Positions 27,791 to 40,424 of a DNA stretch of 64,000 nucleotides are shown one piece after another. The stretch comes from Ptychomitrium polyphyllum (taxonomy: Eukaryota). The stretch is from contig OZ316776.1 in assembly GCA_973851085.1 (NCBI GenBank), forward strand, positions 14,074,001 through 14,138,000, read 5' to 3'. Positions within the stretch are counted from its first letter, which is position 1. Each line of letters opens with the position of its first letter. The position numbers and the translations under genes are program-made. The notes beneath the pieces are model-generated. The model was not told the origin of the DNA. It saw nothing but the letters and a program-made list of their open reading frames with translations, and made no database searches.

Positions 27791-29666
27791 CTTTCAATTT
27801 CACCTATTAGATTCCATTTTACTTTAACATTCTACAATTTATATTTTAATGAGTATAAAAATTTTAATTTTTGTATTCTAAGATTAAACCTTATTAAAAA
27901 CATAAATTTACGTCCAAAATATTCTTCAATCACAATATAATACTTATAAAAATATTACATGGTATATGAAAATTTTTTGAATGATGTTTAGTAAATATCA
28001 ATAAGACCAACTAGAAAAGCATTATTTATAAAAAATGTCTAAAACCATATCAATAATTCATCTATAAATATAAAATAAAATATTACAAATAAGTATGACG
28101 TTTTCATGAATACAATGTTTCATGCACAATAAATTAAACTATATATTTCAAATTTAGCCAATTTAATATTTAAGGTAGTTGTTATACAATTATGCATATA
28201 GTGCATTTCAACACCTTCCAAACATGCTCCAACATACTAGATCCTTAAAAAATACCCTTACACTTTTTATCTATTTATAATCTTTTACAATACAAATCTT
28301 ACGTTATGATCTCTCATTCTACTCTCTTTTCTTTGAATCATTAATTCCACTTGATCTCCCAATTAATGAGAAGCACCCACCATATGATCATTCAAAAATT
28401 CAACACCATGCAATTTAATGAAAGCTTCAACCATTTGGTGCAATGGAAAGTTACCACCATTTGGCCGCTTAGAAATCATCACCATACAACTTAATGAGAA
28501 GCCACTACCAAACGATCTTATAAGTGGTTAGCAGAATTTAGTAGCTTGGTAAGTCAACATCATGCAAACTACTTGATCTTTCACTATTTTTTTACTAATT
28601 TTTCATCTACTCCCATCTAATCCATTAACTCAAGTCTTTTCCAATGACACAATTAGAACATAAAATTAAAATAACACCACAATAACATCAATTCAATTGT
28701 ACACTTAAATTCACAAAATATACATTGAAATGCCTACAATTTAAATTATATGTAAAACTGAGGTGCCCCACATTGACTTTGAAATAAATGAAAAAGACCA
28801 AATATTAAAAAAATGGATTATAAATTTTTTATAACATAAAACAATTAAAAAGACCTCCTACATTTTAGCAAACCGTATATGTCATACTACTAAAACTGTA
28901 CATGTCTAACTAGTAAACCTGCACATGTCCACTAGTTAATATTTAATTACCCACATTTCACAACAAGGTAGAAAGTGTTCCAACTATGGACAATAGAAAA
29001 CCTTTTTAAGGCCGTCCAACAAGGAACAATAGATCATTTCAAGCAATAAAAAATAATTTCAGGGAAGGTATACAACGAATGGCTGTACAGTACAATGAAT
29101 ATCGCTAACAGAAGTTATCAGAAGTAACAGTTTAAGAACCCAGAAGGCAGAAGAGCGGCACCCTCGATGCTGATGACTACTTCAAATCTTGGCAGGGGGG
29201 AGAATTAAGAGGATACATGTACGATTGACGAAGATGAAGGGGGAGGAAATTAATAGAGTCGGTTGGAGAGCACAGGGGAGAGGGTGGCTATGGCGAAGGC
29301 CAGGGGCGACGGGCGACGGGCGACGGGCGACGGGCATGCAAGGCGTGGGGCTGTGCAGGTGTGGCGTGTGTTTGGTGGCAATGCTGCGGAACGATTTGAC
29401 CACTTCTCTGTGTGGTTTGGCAGACGCACGCCATCGCGGTCACCCTACTGCGCGATTAAGTTAGCCCGCGCCCTGACCTGCCCTTCCCTTGCCTCGCTGC
29501 CGCTGTCTCCCATTCTCTTGCGTCTGGGTACTCTCTTTCCCTGTCACTCGACGACGTTGTGACCCGTTTCTTCTTGTGTTGCGCTGCGTTGCGTGGAGAT
29601 CTGGACTTAGGGTGAGCAGATCGGTCGCTGTGCTGCCGCTGGACTTCCTTCGCCGTGCCGGGCACC

Positions 29667-32600
29667 ATGAATCCTGAGTAGTAAGTACTCTTCCTTTCGC
29701 TCTGTGCTTTTCCGAGTGCCGCTTTCGTCGTGCGAGACACGTCTGTGCATGGGCCTTCCCTGCGATGTTGGGGGTTTGCTTGAATGCACAGGCTCTCTCT
29801 AAATTTCTCTTGCGGGGGGAGTAAGGAAAGCAGGGGCGCTGCAGCAGAAGTTTGTTAGTTTCGGCCGTACATGAATTCTGGTTGTAGATCGCTGGTGGCG
29901 TCTTTAACATAGAGTAAAGGGGTTCACTAGTTCTCTAATGCCGTCATTTGCAACATTGGCAAAGTGGACAAAGTTCTTGATGAGAGTGCAAGTAGGAGGT
30001 TTACTTGGGATGCTTCTCGTAAGGCGTAATTTTGCTCATTAGTCCTCGTTAGGTTTCACGAGCACGACGTGCACGAACATTTCGACCTGGGAGAGCGGGT
30101 GATTCACTGTGGAGAAGTATGGCGAGGCACTTCTGCTTTTTCGATGTGTTCCCGTTAATTGCTTCGGCCACGTTTCGCCTTCTTGATTTTGCAGGGAATG
30201 GCCCAGCTCGTATGTTTGACACGGCGTAGAGATCTGGCCCGTCCGCTCTTATTATCATAACGGCTCATAGCGGCCATGCAGAAGTAGATGTAACTTCGCA
30301 TGGAGGGCGTTGCGGTCATGTCTGGGAGGAAATGTTGAGAGATGCTGTATTGTTGGAAAGAATTCGGCCAGGATTTTACGTTGCTTGTGCTGAGTCCAAA
30401 CTTCGTAAGAAAAATCCAGAGGGTAGGGTTCGGGTGTTTCCAGGCGGACGGGACAGACGTCCACGAGAGTGGTGACGTCATTAGGTTTGTCAGGACGAGG
30501 TGTGGTTTGGACGACATATCGTTCTGTCTTGTTGAAACCGTCATTTTCGCCCTTGGGCTTTGATGATCGAATGCTTTTCTCTGAGGTGGGTGTGTGTTCG
30601 TGGGAAGTTTTACCTTGCGCTGAAACGATCATGCGTTCCCCAGGCTGATATTGTCACTCTGGTCCAAGATTCTGCTTCCAGTATTTCTGTATATTGCTTT
30701 ATGATCGATGGCGAAGATCCACTCTTAGTTTGGTGAAGACTTCTGAAGGGAAGTGTTTCTTCGCGAGGAGTTCCACCTGCAATGATTGTGCTTTGCTGAT
30801 GGTCGAAGGCCTTGTACTTAGGACGGTTGCGGTGGTCCTTGCTGGGCTCATTTTGTGCTCGTTCGTTGGCAATCCGATAGTCTTTGAGGCACCTGAAGAA
30901 GTAGGTGCTAGATGGCGAAGGCCCTCGTCCCGAAGGAGCGCAGGATCCGATTAGGGTAGTTGATCTTAGGGTTGCAGTGGATGTCACCTGGAGACCGCTT
31001 AAGATGACCGGACGTCTCCATCTGGCGCTGGAGTTCTCTGTGCGTGATGTTCTACAGACGGTGACAATTGCAGCATTGGAGTAGTGCTCTAGTGTGTTAG
31101 ATTGGTTGTCATTGTGGGTCCCATGTCTGTGGTTGGGTGCAGTGCACGAGTGTGCATTTCGGGTGGTTCGTGTTTTCTGCTATTCGTGGTTGGCAAGGGC
31201 CGTTATCGTTCCGCAGAGGCCGGACTGAACCTGGTGCCTCTTGCTTTCTTTTTTGCAGTGACTATCTTTTCAAGCTCCTGCTGATTGGAGATTCAGGTGT
31301 CGGAAAGAGTTGCCTTCTGTTGCGATTTGCGGTATTTATCCGATGCCCATTTTCTTCCTTTCCAGGAGTGTTCCCCGCTGCAGAGAGTGTTGGATGTGCA
31401 GGTCTGCATCGTGGAATCGTTTTGAGGTGACGGCGTTTTGCGGTCACTGTATGAACTTGAGAGAGGACATGTTTGGCACGCCACGTGTAATTCGTGCTCG
31501 GGAATGGAAATGACCGTGGACGTGTGTGCAGGACGACTCGTACTTGGAGAGCTACATCAGCACAATTGGAGTGGATTTCGTGAGTAACAGTGGCTCTCCT
31601 GTGTTTTCCGCAGTTTCGTTGTTTCGTGTCAACAGGGCCTGCTGTGTGGTTTTCGGCAGCCGGAGTTGATACGAGTGGTTGGCCGTGTCTGATGCAAATA
31701 GATGGAATTTCCTACCTGATGCTTTGGATGGCTGTGACAGAAAATTCGAACAGTAGAGTTGGACGGGAAGACCATCAAGCTACAAATTGTGAGTGGGTTT
31801 TGGATGCTATGTCGGGAGCAACGTGTTTGCAAGTAGTCGAGTCGGTCTGCACTCGGTAGCTCCTGTGTCGCAGCAGAAAGCTTTTACTACATTGGCTTGG
31901 TCTTTCTCTTGCACGACACGTTGAGTCCGTCGGTCGCTTTTGCATGGATTGGTCCTGGTGATTGGGTGCCTCTTTGGAGGCCTTGAAGCTGGTCTGTTGC
32001 AAGGGGTTGTTCTTATGGGGTGTTCGTAGCAAACGGGGTCATTCTACGCTCGGGGTGCGGTGCCTCCAGATCATGCCAAGGTTCGAGGCGGATGAGATGA
32101 GTTGACCGCGTCTGCTGTGCATGTGTGCAGTGGGATACTGCCGGTCAAGAAAGGTTCAGGACGATCACGAGCAGCTACTACCGCGGTGCCCATGGGATCA
32201 TTGTGAGTGGCTTTGCTTTTTGTCGGGAAGTTTGTGGCGGGCACTGTGGAGTAGGAATATGCTATGAATGTGGAAGATGGGCGGAAGTGTCGCTCGTTTG
32301 TGTTACCGGAGACGAGTGACCAAGTTCGTGCTCTGCTCTGCTCTGCAGGTTGTGTACGACGTGACAGATCAGGAAAGCTTCAACAACGTGAAGCAGTGGC
32401 TAAATGAGATCGACCGTTATGCAAGTGAGAATGTGAACAAGCTGCTCGTTGGCAACAAGTCCGACCTTGCATCCAAGAAGGTGGTGGACTACGCAACTGC
32501 AAAGGTATTTGAGCGGCACCTCACTCGATCTGCCAGCAGTTGAGTCGAGCTACATCTTGAGGTTCTCCTGGTTTGGTTACATCGCAGTATCACCTGAGCC

Positions 32601-33259
32601 CTGTGCCTCCTGGTGAGAGCCAAGTATTCAGGTGGAACATGCATCTTCGGTCCGTCTGGTGTCAATCAGGTTATCCCGTGTCAAGCCATGATCGTTGGTG
32701 GCCCCTTTCATTTCTGACGCATCTTTGGTCGATCTTATGTGTGTCGCGGCGATCAGGCTTTTGCTGATGAGATCGGTATTCCTTTCTTGGAGACGAGTGC
32801 CAAGAATGCCACCAACGTGGAGCAGGCTTTCATGACGATGGCTGCCGAGATCAAGAACAGGTGGGCAAGGCGTCTGTAGGTGTAGGTGGACTTGTTTTTA
32901 TTTCTCACATGCGGCTCTGCTGGAGAGATGTGACAACTGGGATCCTGTGTCCGCATGTACGCGCGGCGGCCTCCGGTCAGTGCAGGGGGCCGAGTCCGGA
33001 GTACATCGCTTTGTTTTGAGGAGATTGGCGAGCAGTGTGTACAGTAGATGCGATCCTTGGTGATTTGGTCATTGTCCCTCGTCAAACGTCGGAAAGCATC
33101 ATGAATGCGCTTCACAGGCCTCATGTGGGATCCTGATGCGATGGCTGTTTGATTTCGTGCAGGATGGCAAGCCAGCCTGCTTTGAGCAGTGCCAGCAGGC
33201 CGAACAATGTGCAGTTGCGCGGGCAGACCATCCCTCAGAAAGGTGGCTGCTGCTCATAG
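29667..33259 (+). CDS. RABD: Rab1/RabD (Ypt1-like) small GTPase, 203 aa
   Basis: Eight exons: 29667-29680, 31259-31331, 31532-31579, 31741-31788, 32131-32202, 32349-32504, 32757-32860, 33163-33259 (612 nt). [41 protein letters not shown]-terminal GGCCS prenylation motif. Confidence 0.97.
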
Positions 33260-34125
33260 GTCACCGGGCTGTTTGCCACTGAGTAGGTGCTGCAGTGCCT
33301 TTGTGATCGGGCATTTGTGTATCTGCCCTGGAGGCTACGTGACTCTGCGGCTGTCCTGTGGAGCCTCGCATACATGGCCGATTTGTGTCTCGGTGGTAGG
33401 CTGGCCTGGAGATGCTCGGGTGGTTCCTGTCTGTTTGGCAGGCAGGAACGTTGCTCTGTGACTGTCTATCTTGGTTTGCAAGACTAGTTGAAACATTTCA
33501 GGTGTCAGATATCCGCCTCGACGGGGTTGGAAGATTTGAAGGGTACACATGTAGGTAGGCACATTCATTTGTGTGTCCAGACTACTGTAAAGTGGGGACA
33601 GGGTAGGGGGGTGTATGTGGGCTTATATGTATACCATGCGTAGGTATGTGCCGTCTGGGGAGGAAAAGCTTGCCATCCATCCTCGCACTGCAATATTATC
33701 AATTTACCGTTTTTTGTCATTCGAACATTCAGCTATTGTCCAGCTGGTAAAATGCACATTCACTTTCGTTTCTTTGATATTTTGGAAGGTACCTTGTGAG
33801 GAACTGTGTTCTGTTCTGGGTGTGCCTTTTTCCTTCTCATGGTTGTCTGTGATGTTGCATCCTACTCAGCGTGGCATGTCTTGGAACCTTGAGTCTATTC
33901 CTATCGTATGCTAAGACTTGGGGGCGGGTGGGGGGGGGTGGGGTCTCTGCAATAGGATGGCAGCGATCTCCAAATGTGAATGTTTCAGCAGGGCTTCATA
34001 GAATCAAGCCCTCCACCGTTGCCTTTTGGTGCCAACTCTTTGTGTTACAAAATTGGAGTGTAACGCAATATTAGATTTTGGGTGTGATACATAATTAGAT
34101 TTGGGATTTGGGAGGTAAGTTGATT

Positions 34126-34262
34126 GATTGCATGTTTTATACGTGAGGGATTGCATGTTTCACATAGTTGAGCGATTGCATGTTTCACATAGTTGGGTGA
34201 TTGCATGTTAAACTATATAAAGCATGTTAGTTTATATAGTCAAGTGATTGTATATAGTCAAG
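34126..34262. repeat. About 25-bp degenerate tandem repeat (GATTGCATGTTTCACATAGTTGRGY), 4-5 copies
   Basis: Repeated gattgcatgtt unit at about 25-nt spacing, decaying rightwards. Confidence 0.7.
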
Positions 34263-34389
34263 AAATTTTGTGAAGTGCATAAGACACCTACACTACAAAA
34301 GCACAACTTTATACATATATAGGTTATTAATTATTGACTTCTATTTCCTAGAAATGTTATTCATGAGACAATCCTGCTAGAAATGTTAC

Positions 34390-37300
34390 AACCGTATTAG
34401 ATGTAACATTGTCAATTATAATAACTGAGTTGTATTCGGTAGCATTTGGTCATCATTTGACCCATTCATATTAAGACTTTTATGGCTTGAGAGATGTAGC
34501 CTACAAATACATTGGACATTCCAGATTGTAGTATATTTCTAGAAATAAAACTTGCTATTATTAAACCAATGAGTGGACCTTCAATGCCTAAGAAATACAA
34601 GACTAAATGGTTGTTGTTCACAAAAACAAGGGCATTCCTAAGAGAGTAAGGGGCGGCATATGCAAGCTATGCAACTTGAGAATTTTGAAGTTGTGACTAT
34701 TCCAACCACAATTCTTATTAGAACATTGCCCCTACAACCTTGCTATTGACCTCCAAAATAGTGCCCAACCACTTATGTAACAAATTGTGTTAAAAATGAT
34801 GATCATAAGGTAGAGAGAGGAAGCCACTTAGTTTCCTACTAAGCAAGGGCAACCGCTAAGACACAAGTGATGCTAGGTGGTTCCAAGGATCTAGTATTAG
34901 CATTAGTTGAGCATGGTTCAAAGACCAACATTATGTCTAGATAAGTATATGAGAAGGGCAAATAGCCAATTGGTATAAAATATAGTTGGGTGATGAAAGC
35001 GACAAACAACCAATAAGGTGATTTATATGGAGCTTGTCTAGCAAAGAATACTAGGATTGGAAATGTGGAGATGGAGTATAATTTCTTTGCGCAAAATTCT
35101 ACAACGTATTTAATAATATTTGGTCAAGTTTATATCTCAACTATTAAGATGAAAACTAGAATTTAAATGATGGTTTTAATTATGCCAAGATTTGTAGTAG
35201 TAATGGAAAGAAGGCTGTGCAATTTCTTATTGTTAGGCTTGTTCATGAGAGGTTTAAAGTCCAAATGAGAGAATTGCTTGTGGACAAAGAAAATAGATGT
35301 ATAAAAACGCTTCTCAAAAATGGGGGTATAAGGGTGCAATTAAGAATTAAAAAACTTCAAAGTAAGTAGTTTGGAATCTAGATTTTTGGATTTGAGTTGT
35401 GACAATCTTATAAGTTTTCAAAGAGCTGAAAATTTAGGTTTTGTAAATAGAAAAAGAGTGAAGAAACAAAAAATAAAGCTTTAAAAATTGGAATTTATTT
35501 TAATTGAAGAATAAGTAGGAGGAATAGTAGAAGAAGAAGGATAAAAATGATTTGATATAAATTTTGGAGAAGGTGGTAATGAATAAGAAAAGTAATGCAA
35601 TAGTGAAACTTCACTAAAAAGTGGCTTAAAAGGAATTGAAGGAGGTAACTACAAATCTAGAAAATGCTACAAGTTATGAGTTGTAGCATGAGGATATGGT
35701 ACAAACCATGTACTAATAGCTATTCAACTACAATCTAATATTATATAAGGCATTAAATAAATACTTAAAAGAGTTAGAATTAAAAAAAAAGTGTAGAATT
35801 GGACATTAATTCACTGAGGAGTCATTGGCTAAGTCAAAGATTAGAAGGAATGACTTTCTAATAGCAGCAAAGAAGGAAATATTCAAGAGATGCTTTTCAA
35901 ATATGGTAAGGCATTTTTATTAACTCTTAATGAAACTAGTTGTATAGATCTTAGTGTTGTAGCACCAATGATAATCTTCACAATGCCACATGTTTCATGG
36001 AATTTGAAGCATATTCCAATGCCAAAAGGTTTGTTTCTTAAGTTGATAAAGTTTTTGAAAGAAGAGGTGAATATGAGAATTTTAGAACCTTCAATTGCTT
36101 CCTACTCTAATAAAAGATTCATAGTATTTAAAACGTCAAGAACATTGAAGTTCATTTATAATAGACAGATAAATCACAAGATAACCATTAGAAACATGGC
36201 ATTATGACATGTAGTAAATGAAATAACTAAACAATTTGTAGATCATGTTATCTATTCTATTAAGGACTTGTATTCAAAATATGATTAGTTTGCCAAAGAA
36301 AGTAACAATCTTACTACCATAAAAACTCTTTTAGATTTTATGTGAATGTATACCTTACCTTAAGGTGTAACCAATTTAGTAGCTCCTATCCAAAATTCTA
36401 TGAATTAAATTTTGGAGGAGTTTATACTGAGGAAGTTCATTCCATCCTTGAATGCATGTGTATATAATCATATCTTGGGTGCCTCATTTTGCCCATAGTT
36501 TAGCGCTATTGTACTAGTTATTGAAGAACGGTAAGAAATTTATTTGGAAGGAGAAATATGAAGAGTCAATAGAAAGCTAAAAGAAGATTCTAAGTTCTCC
36601 ATTTGTTTTTAGATAGGTGGATTATTGGAGATTAAGGCCACTTGTTGTAATAGTAGATACAAGTCCAATAGCAATTGGTTGAATTATTAAGAAAGATGAT
36701 GAGGAAGGTAAGAGATTTGTTACAAAATTTAGAGCAAGATTCTTATAAACAGGCAAAGGGCATATCTACAAGTTAAAAGAGAGCTTGAAAGATTTATGAA
36801 AATTCTTTGTTATAAACTGAATGGATTTTGAAGATGAGGTTCAAATCTTCTAAAAGAAGACTTTTTGAAGATAGGCTAAAGAACATTGGAATTTATTTAT
36901 GCAGAAGGAAGAAATAACAAGGCTAGATGGATAAACCTTTAAAGATATCAAACATTAGTCCCATAATTAAATTTTTTGAGATGGATTTTTTTGGAAAAAG
37001 CCAAAGAATGGTGATAAATCAGTATTGAAGGTGGAAAAAGATCTTACAACTAAAAGCAAGGTTTTGTAAGAATTTCATAATTCACTTTAAGCTAATTATA
37101 GAAGAATATGGACTACTTGTATAAAAAATAAAGAGAAATATTGGTAGAAAGGTTTATACATAGAAGTTGGGGATTTATTATATAGAATGTTGATTGTAAT
37201 GTAAGATTAGATATAAGAATGAGCTTCATTCTACCTGTCTACCTTCTATTTTTTCCAATAAATGATTGATTTGGTATCTATGCCATTCAAACTTCTACCA

Positions 37301-38710
37301 CCTTCAATGGAAATTTATCACCTCTTTTTGGCATTAATGCCTCAAACTGAGTCATGGAATTCTTTCAAAGGATAAGCCAGTTCAGTGACTTAAACCACAA
37401 TCATTTGTTTTGTGGATTGATAAATACTATTCATAGCACATCTGCTGGTTATATGTCAATTAACTTGATGTTGGGGCAAAAATCAATAATGTTAGCTGAG
37501 AAATCTTATTCAACATGAATATTTCTTTCATAAGAAGTTGGTTTTGATAGAAAAAGCTTATAAAAGCTTCAAATTCAACAACCATAGAGGCTATTAAAAC
37601 ATTTAGAGGTGGCAAATTGAGAAGTTAAAAGAAATAAGATTGAGGAATATTTAAAAAAAAAAAAGAACTCGTAAATTGAGGGGGAAGCCTATTTAAGTTG
37701 GAGATTGGATTTTGTTTTATAATTGTAGCTTGGTATATCAATATAGTCTTGTAAAGAAGTTTGTAAAGAAATAATTTAAATAATATGTGGTATTCATATT
37801 CTATAATAATGTCACTTATTTTTTTGCTTAAGCTTGAAGGAATTGTTATAGAAAATCTAATGGTTGGTGAAAAGATGAAGGCTTTTAAAAAAAAAGATGG
37901 AAGGTTCTTAATGGACGACTTTGATGAATTCCAACTTCAAGAACTAGATCAAGATAAAAAAGGTGAAGAATTTAAGAAACAATTGTTGAAAATTGAAAAA
38001 GAAGAAGATGATTAGTAGGTGGTACAGGTTAGAGGATGTATAAGTTTGGAGGAATGGTTGTTGTATTGATATTTTTACAATAGTTAAAAAATTTAAGTTA
38101 AGATAGTTGAAGGCAACGTCTTAATGGTAGGAAATAAGGATGTTAAAGGAAGTGAAACCAGGAGTAGTTTTGAAGTTGCAATTTTGGATGGTTGTTTAAA
38201 AAAGTTACATTGAGAATTAAGCAAAAACAACTGATGTGGATTAGCTGGGCTACTATGGAAAAAAAGACTATGGGTAGGATGTTGATTAAACCTTGCATAG
38301 GCCAAACTAGGTGCAGATGGCAAAACCATTGGCCAAATTAGTTGTTGAATCAAAAGTTCCAAGAAGATTTGGAAATAGGTTGCAAAGATAAATATTTAAG
38401 GATTATAGGTTTTTTGAAGGAGAAAAGAAGGCCAAGTTAGGCAAGGAGTATAAATAGAGGAATTTAATAGGACTAGGTCATTTTTTTGAATTTTTTTGAA
38501 TTTTATGTCTCTATTAATAAGTATGGATTTTTATTGGATGTTAGTTTGAACAAATGAAGGTGGAGTTAGTATATATAGATGTGTAAAAGATAAAATTGAG
38601 GGAGCATGAAGTGTGAGATTGGATAGAGATGTGAATTCATATGAGGAGCGTTATTTTATTATAAATCCTTGACTTATTAAGGTTTTTAAATTTAAATGGA
38701 TGTATTACAC
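34390..38710 (+). mobile_element. Degenerate Ty3/Gypsy element(s): protease-RT-RNaseH-integrase remnants and a probable 3' LTR (about 38060-38709)
   Basis: Protease-like LALVEHGSKTNIMS (about 34900); RT-like PHVSWNLKHIPMPK...MRILEPSIASYSNKRFIVFKTSRTLKFI (35890-36207); purine tract near 38030-38057 followed by a TG...CA segment ending tgtattaca at 38709. Many stops. Confidence 0.7.
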
Positions 38711-38974
38711 CATATATGTAGGAGCCAGGGACCTAATGCTTTTTTGTATGTAGTTTTAAAATAGATTGAATATATACATAGATAAATAATGGAAGATTTT
38801 CCATTGCCAAAAACTTATGGCGAATTCAAAACACACGCCTACATTTACAATTATAAAATTCACATTTGTCTAGAGGGGGCCCGCCACGGAGGCCTGGGAG
38901 GCGTACGCAGGGTGAAGACAGGGACAACGAAATGGGCGAAAGGGGGGCATGGGGAACCAACATCGAGAAGAGCG

Positions 38975-39047
38975 GCAGCAGGGGGGTCATGGGGCCATGG
39001 GGGTGTCATGGGGGGGGCCATGGGGGCATGGGGGGCATGGGGGGCAG
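38975..39047. repeat. G-rich GGGGG(C/T)CAT minisatellite upstream of the DUF3504-BTB gene
   Basis: ggggggtcatggggccatgggggtgtcatggggggggccatgggggcatggggggcatggggggc read directly. Confidence 0.75.
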
Positions 39048-40424
39048 TTACGGAGGGAGCACCGTTCTGCGGGCACAACCGTCGGGGGAATGGGAGGGAG
39101 CAGGGGCGGAGAGAGGCGCAGGGAAGCCCAGTTTACGCGCGGAATAGGCGTGGCCTTCGGATCGCGTTCGGCGTCGTCGTCGTTGTCGTCGTCGTCTTCG
39201 GCCAGAGGGTGAGTGAGGCGACGCCCCTGCACTCCGTCGCTGGCCATGGCCTCCGTGGCCATTCTGCTCCGCTTTTTCCATCGATTTCCCCATGTCTTGT
39301 CTTTGTCGTTTGTTGGAGTCGTACCGTTGTTCGGCGTTTCGGGCGTTTCTCGTTGTTTCTCGTTGTTTCTCACTGTTTCCCCCCCTTCTTTCCTTTCTTT
39401 CGATTTTCTTGGTCTTTGTGCTTAGAATTCGTTGCACTAGGTTTCAACGTTACAGCGAGAAAAGATAGAAGTTAAGCCAAGGGAGCTTTTATTTCCCCCT
39501 GTTACGAGCAATTGTGTCAGTGACTGTGATATAGTTCGTTTTTGGCATGATCTGAAAAAGTGCGAGTTATTTGTTACGCTTTCTTAGTTTTCGGTTTTCG
39601 GTTTTCGGTTTTCAGTTTTATTTTTTTAAATTAAATTAATTTTTTTTAAATTTTCCATTTTTTCCCTTTTTTTCTTTCTTCTTGCTTTCTGTTTTTTTTG
39701 CGCTGTGGACGGGTTCCGTGCTGCACTCGCAATGTGCTTCATGGAGTTAACTGGTCAGCGACAGTGTTGTTGTTTGTGCATGCCTAACTCCGGAGCGGGC
39801 CTTCTTACTTCCTTGCGTTGTGAGCAGAGTTGTAATCCGTTAGTTTGTTTCCTGTTTGTGTCTGTTCGGTTGTTCTTGTTGCTATGCACATTTGTGTCAT
39901 TTCTTCTCTTTGATGGCAGTGATGGGAGCTTTTTCGAGGTGTGTGCTGTACTTGACTGTTCTTCTTGGAAGGATGTGCGTGAAGTTGTAGAACTGCTCAG
40001 TGATTGTCGGAACGATTTTATCCTCATGCGTTTGCAATGTATAATGCAAAGACGTTTCACCTTCAAGAGAGGCTCGTACGACCGATTTGGTGAATGCGTA
40101 GGTTTTTGCAATGGAGATATGCAAGTTCATGAGTAGAATCGCAGTTTTTTACAGCGATTTTCGCTAGAGGTTATGATATGAAGAATGAATGTCATGTTGT
40201 TCTGATAGCATCCGATCATTTTGAAATATGTGTTTCATGGTTTTTGATTTTTCTATCTGCATATCTAGCTCCTCGCGTTTCTTCAGTATCGTTCAAGATT
40301 GTCTATCAAATGTTGTTTTGGGTTCTGTTTAGGGATTAATCATACGACGAACTCCGAGGTCATTGAGTTTATATTTGTTTTGCATGCGCAGGTGAAAGTA
40401 TCGTAGGTTTAAGGCACATATTAG

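Noticed and set aside
30560..30585. TGATGA...CTGA box C/D snoRNA-like pair in RabD intron 1
   Set aside because: Boxes only about 15 nt apart; too short for a snoRNA.
38789..39475. 228-aa ORF upstream of the DUF3504-BTB gene
   Set aside because: Translation of the G-rich minisatellite and pyrimidine-rich UTR; no domain signal.
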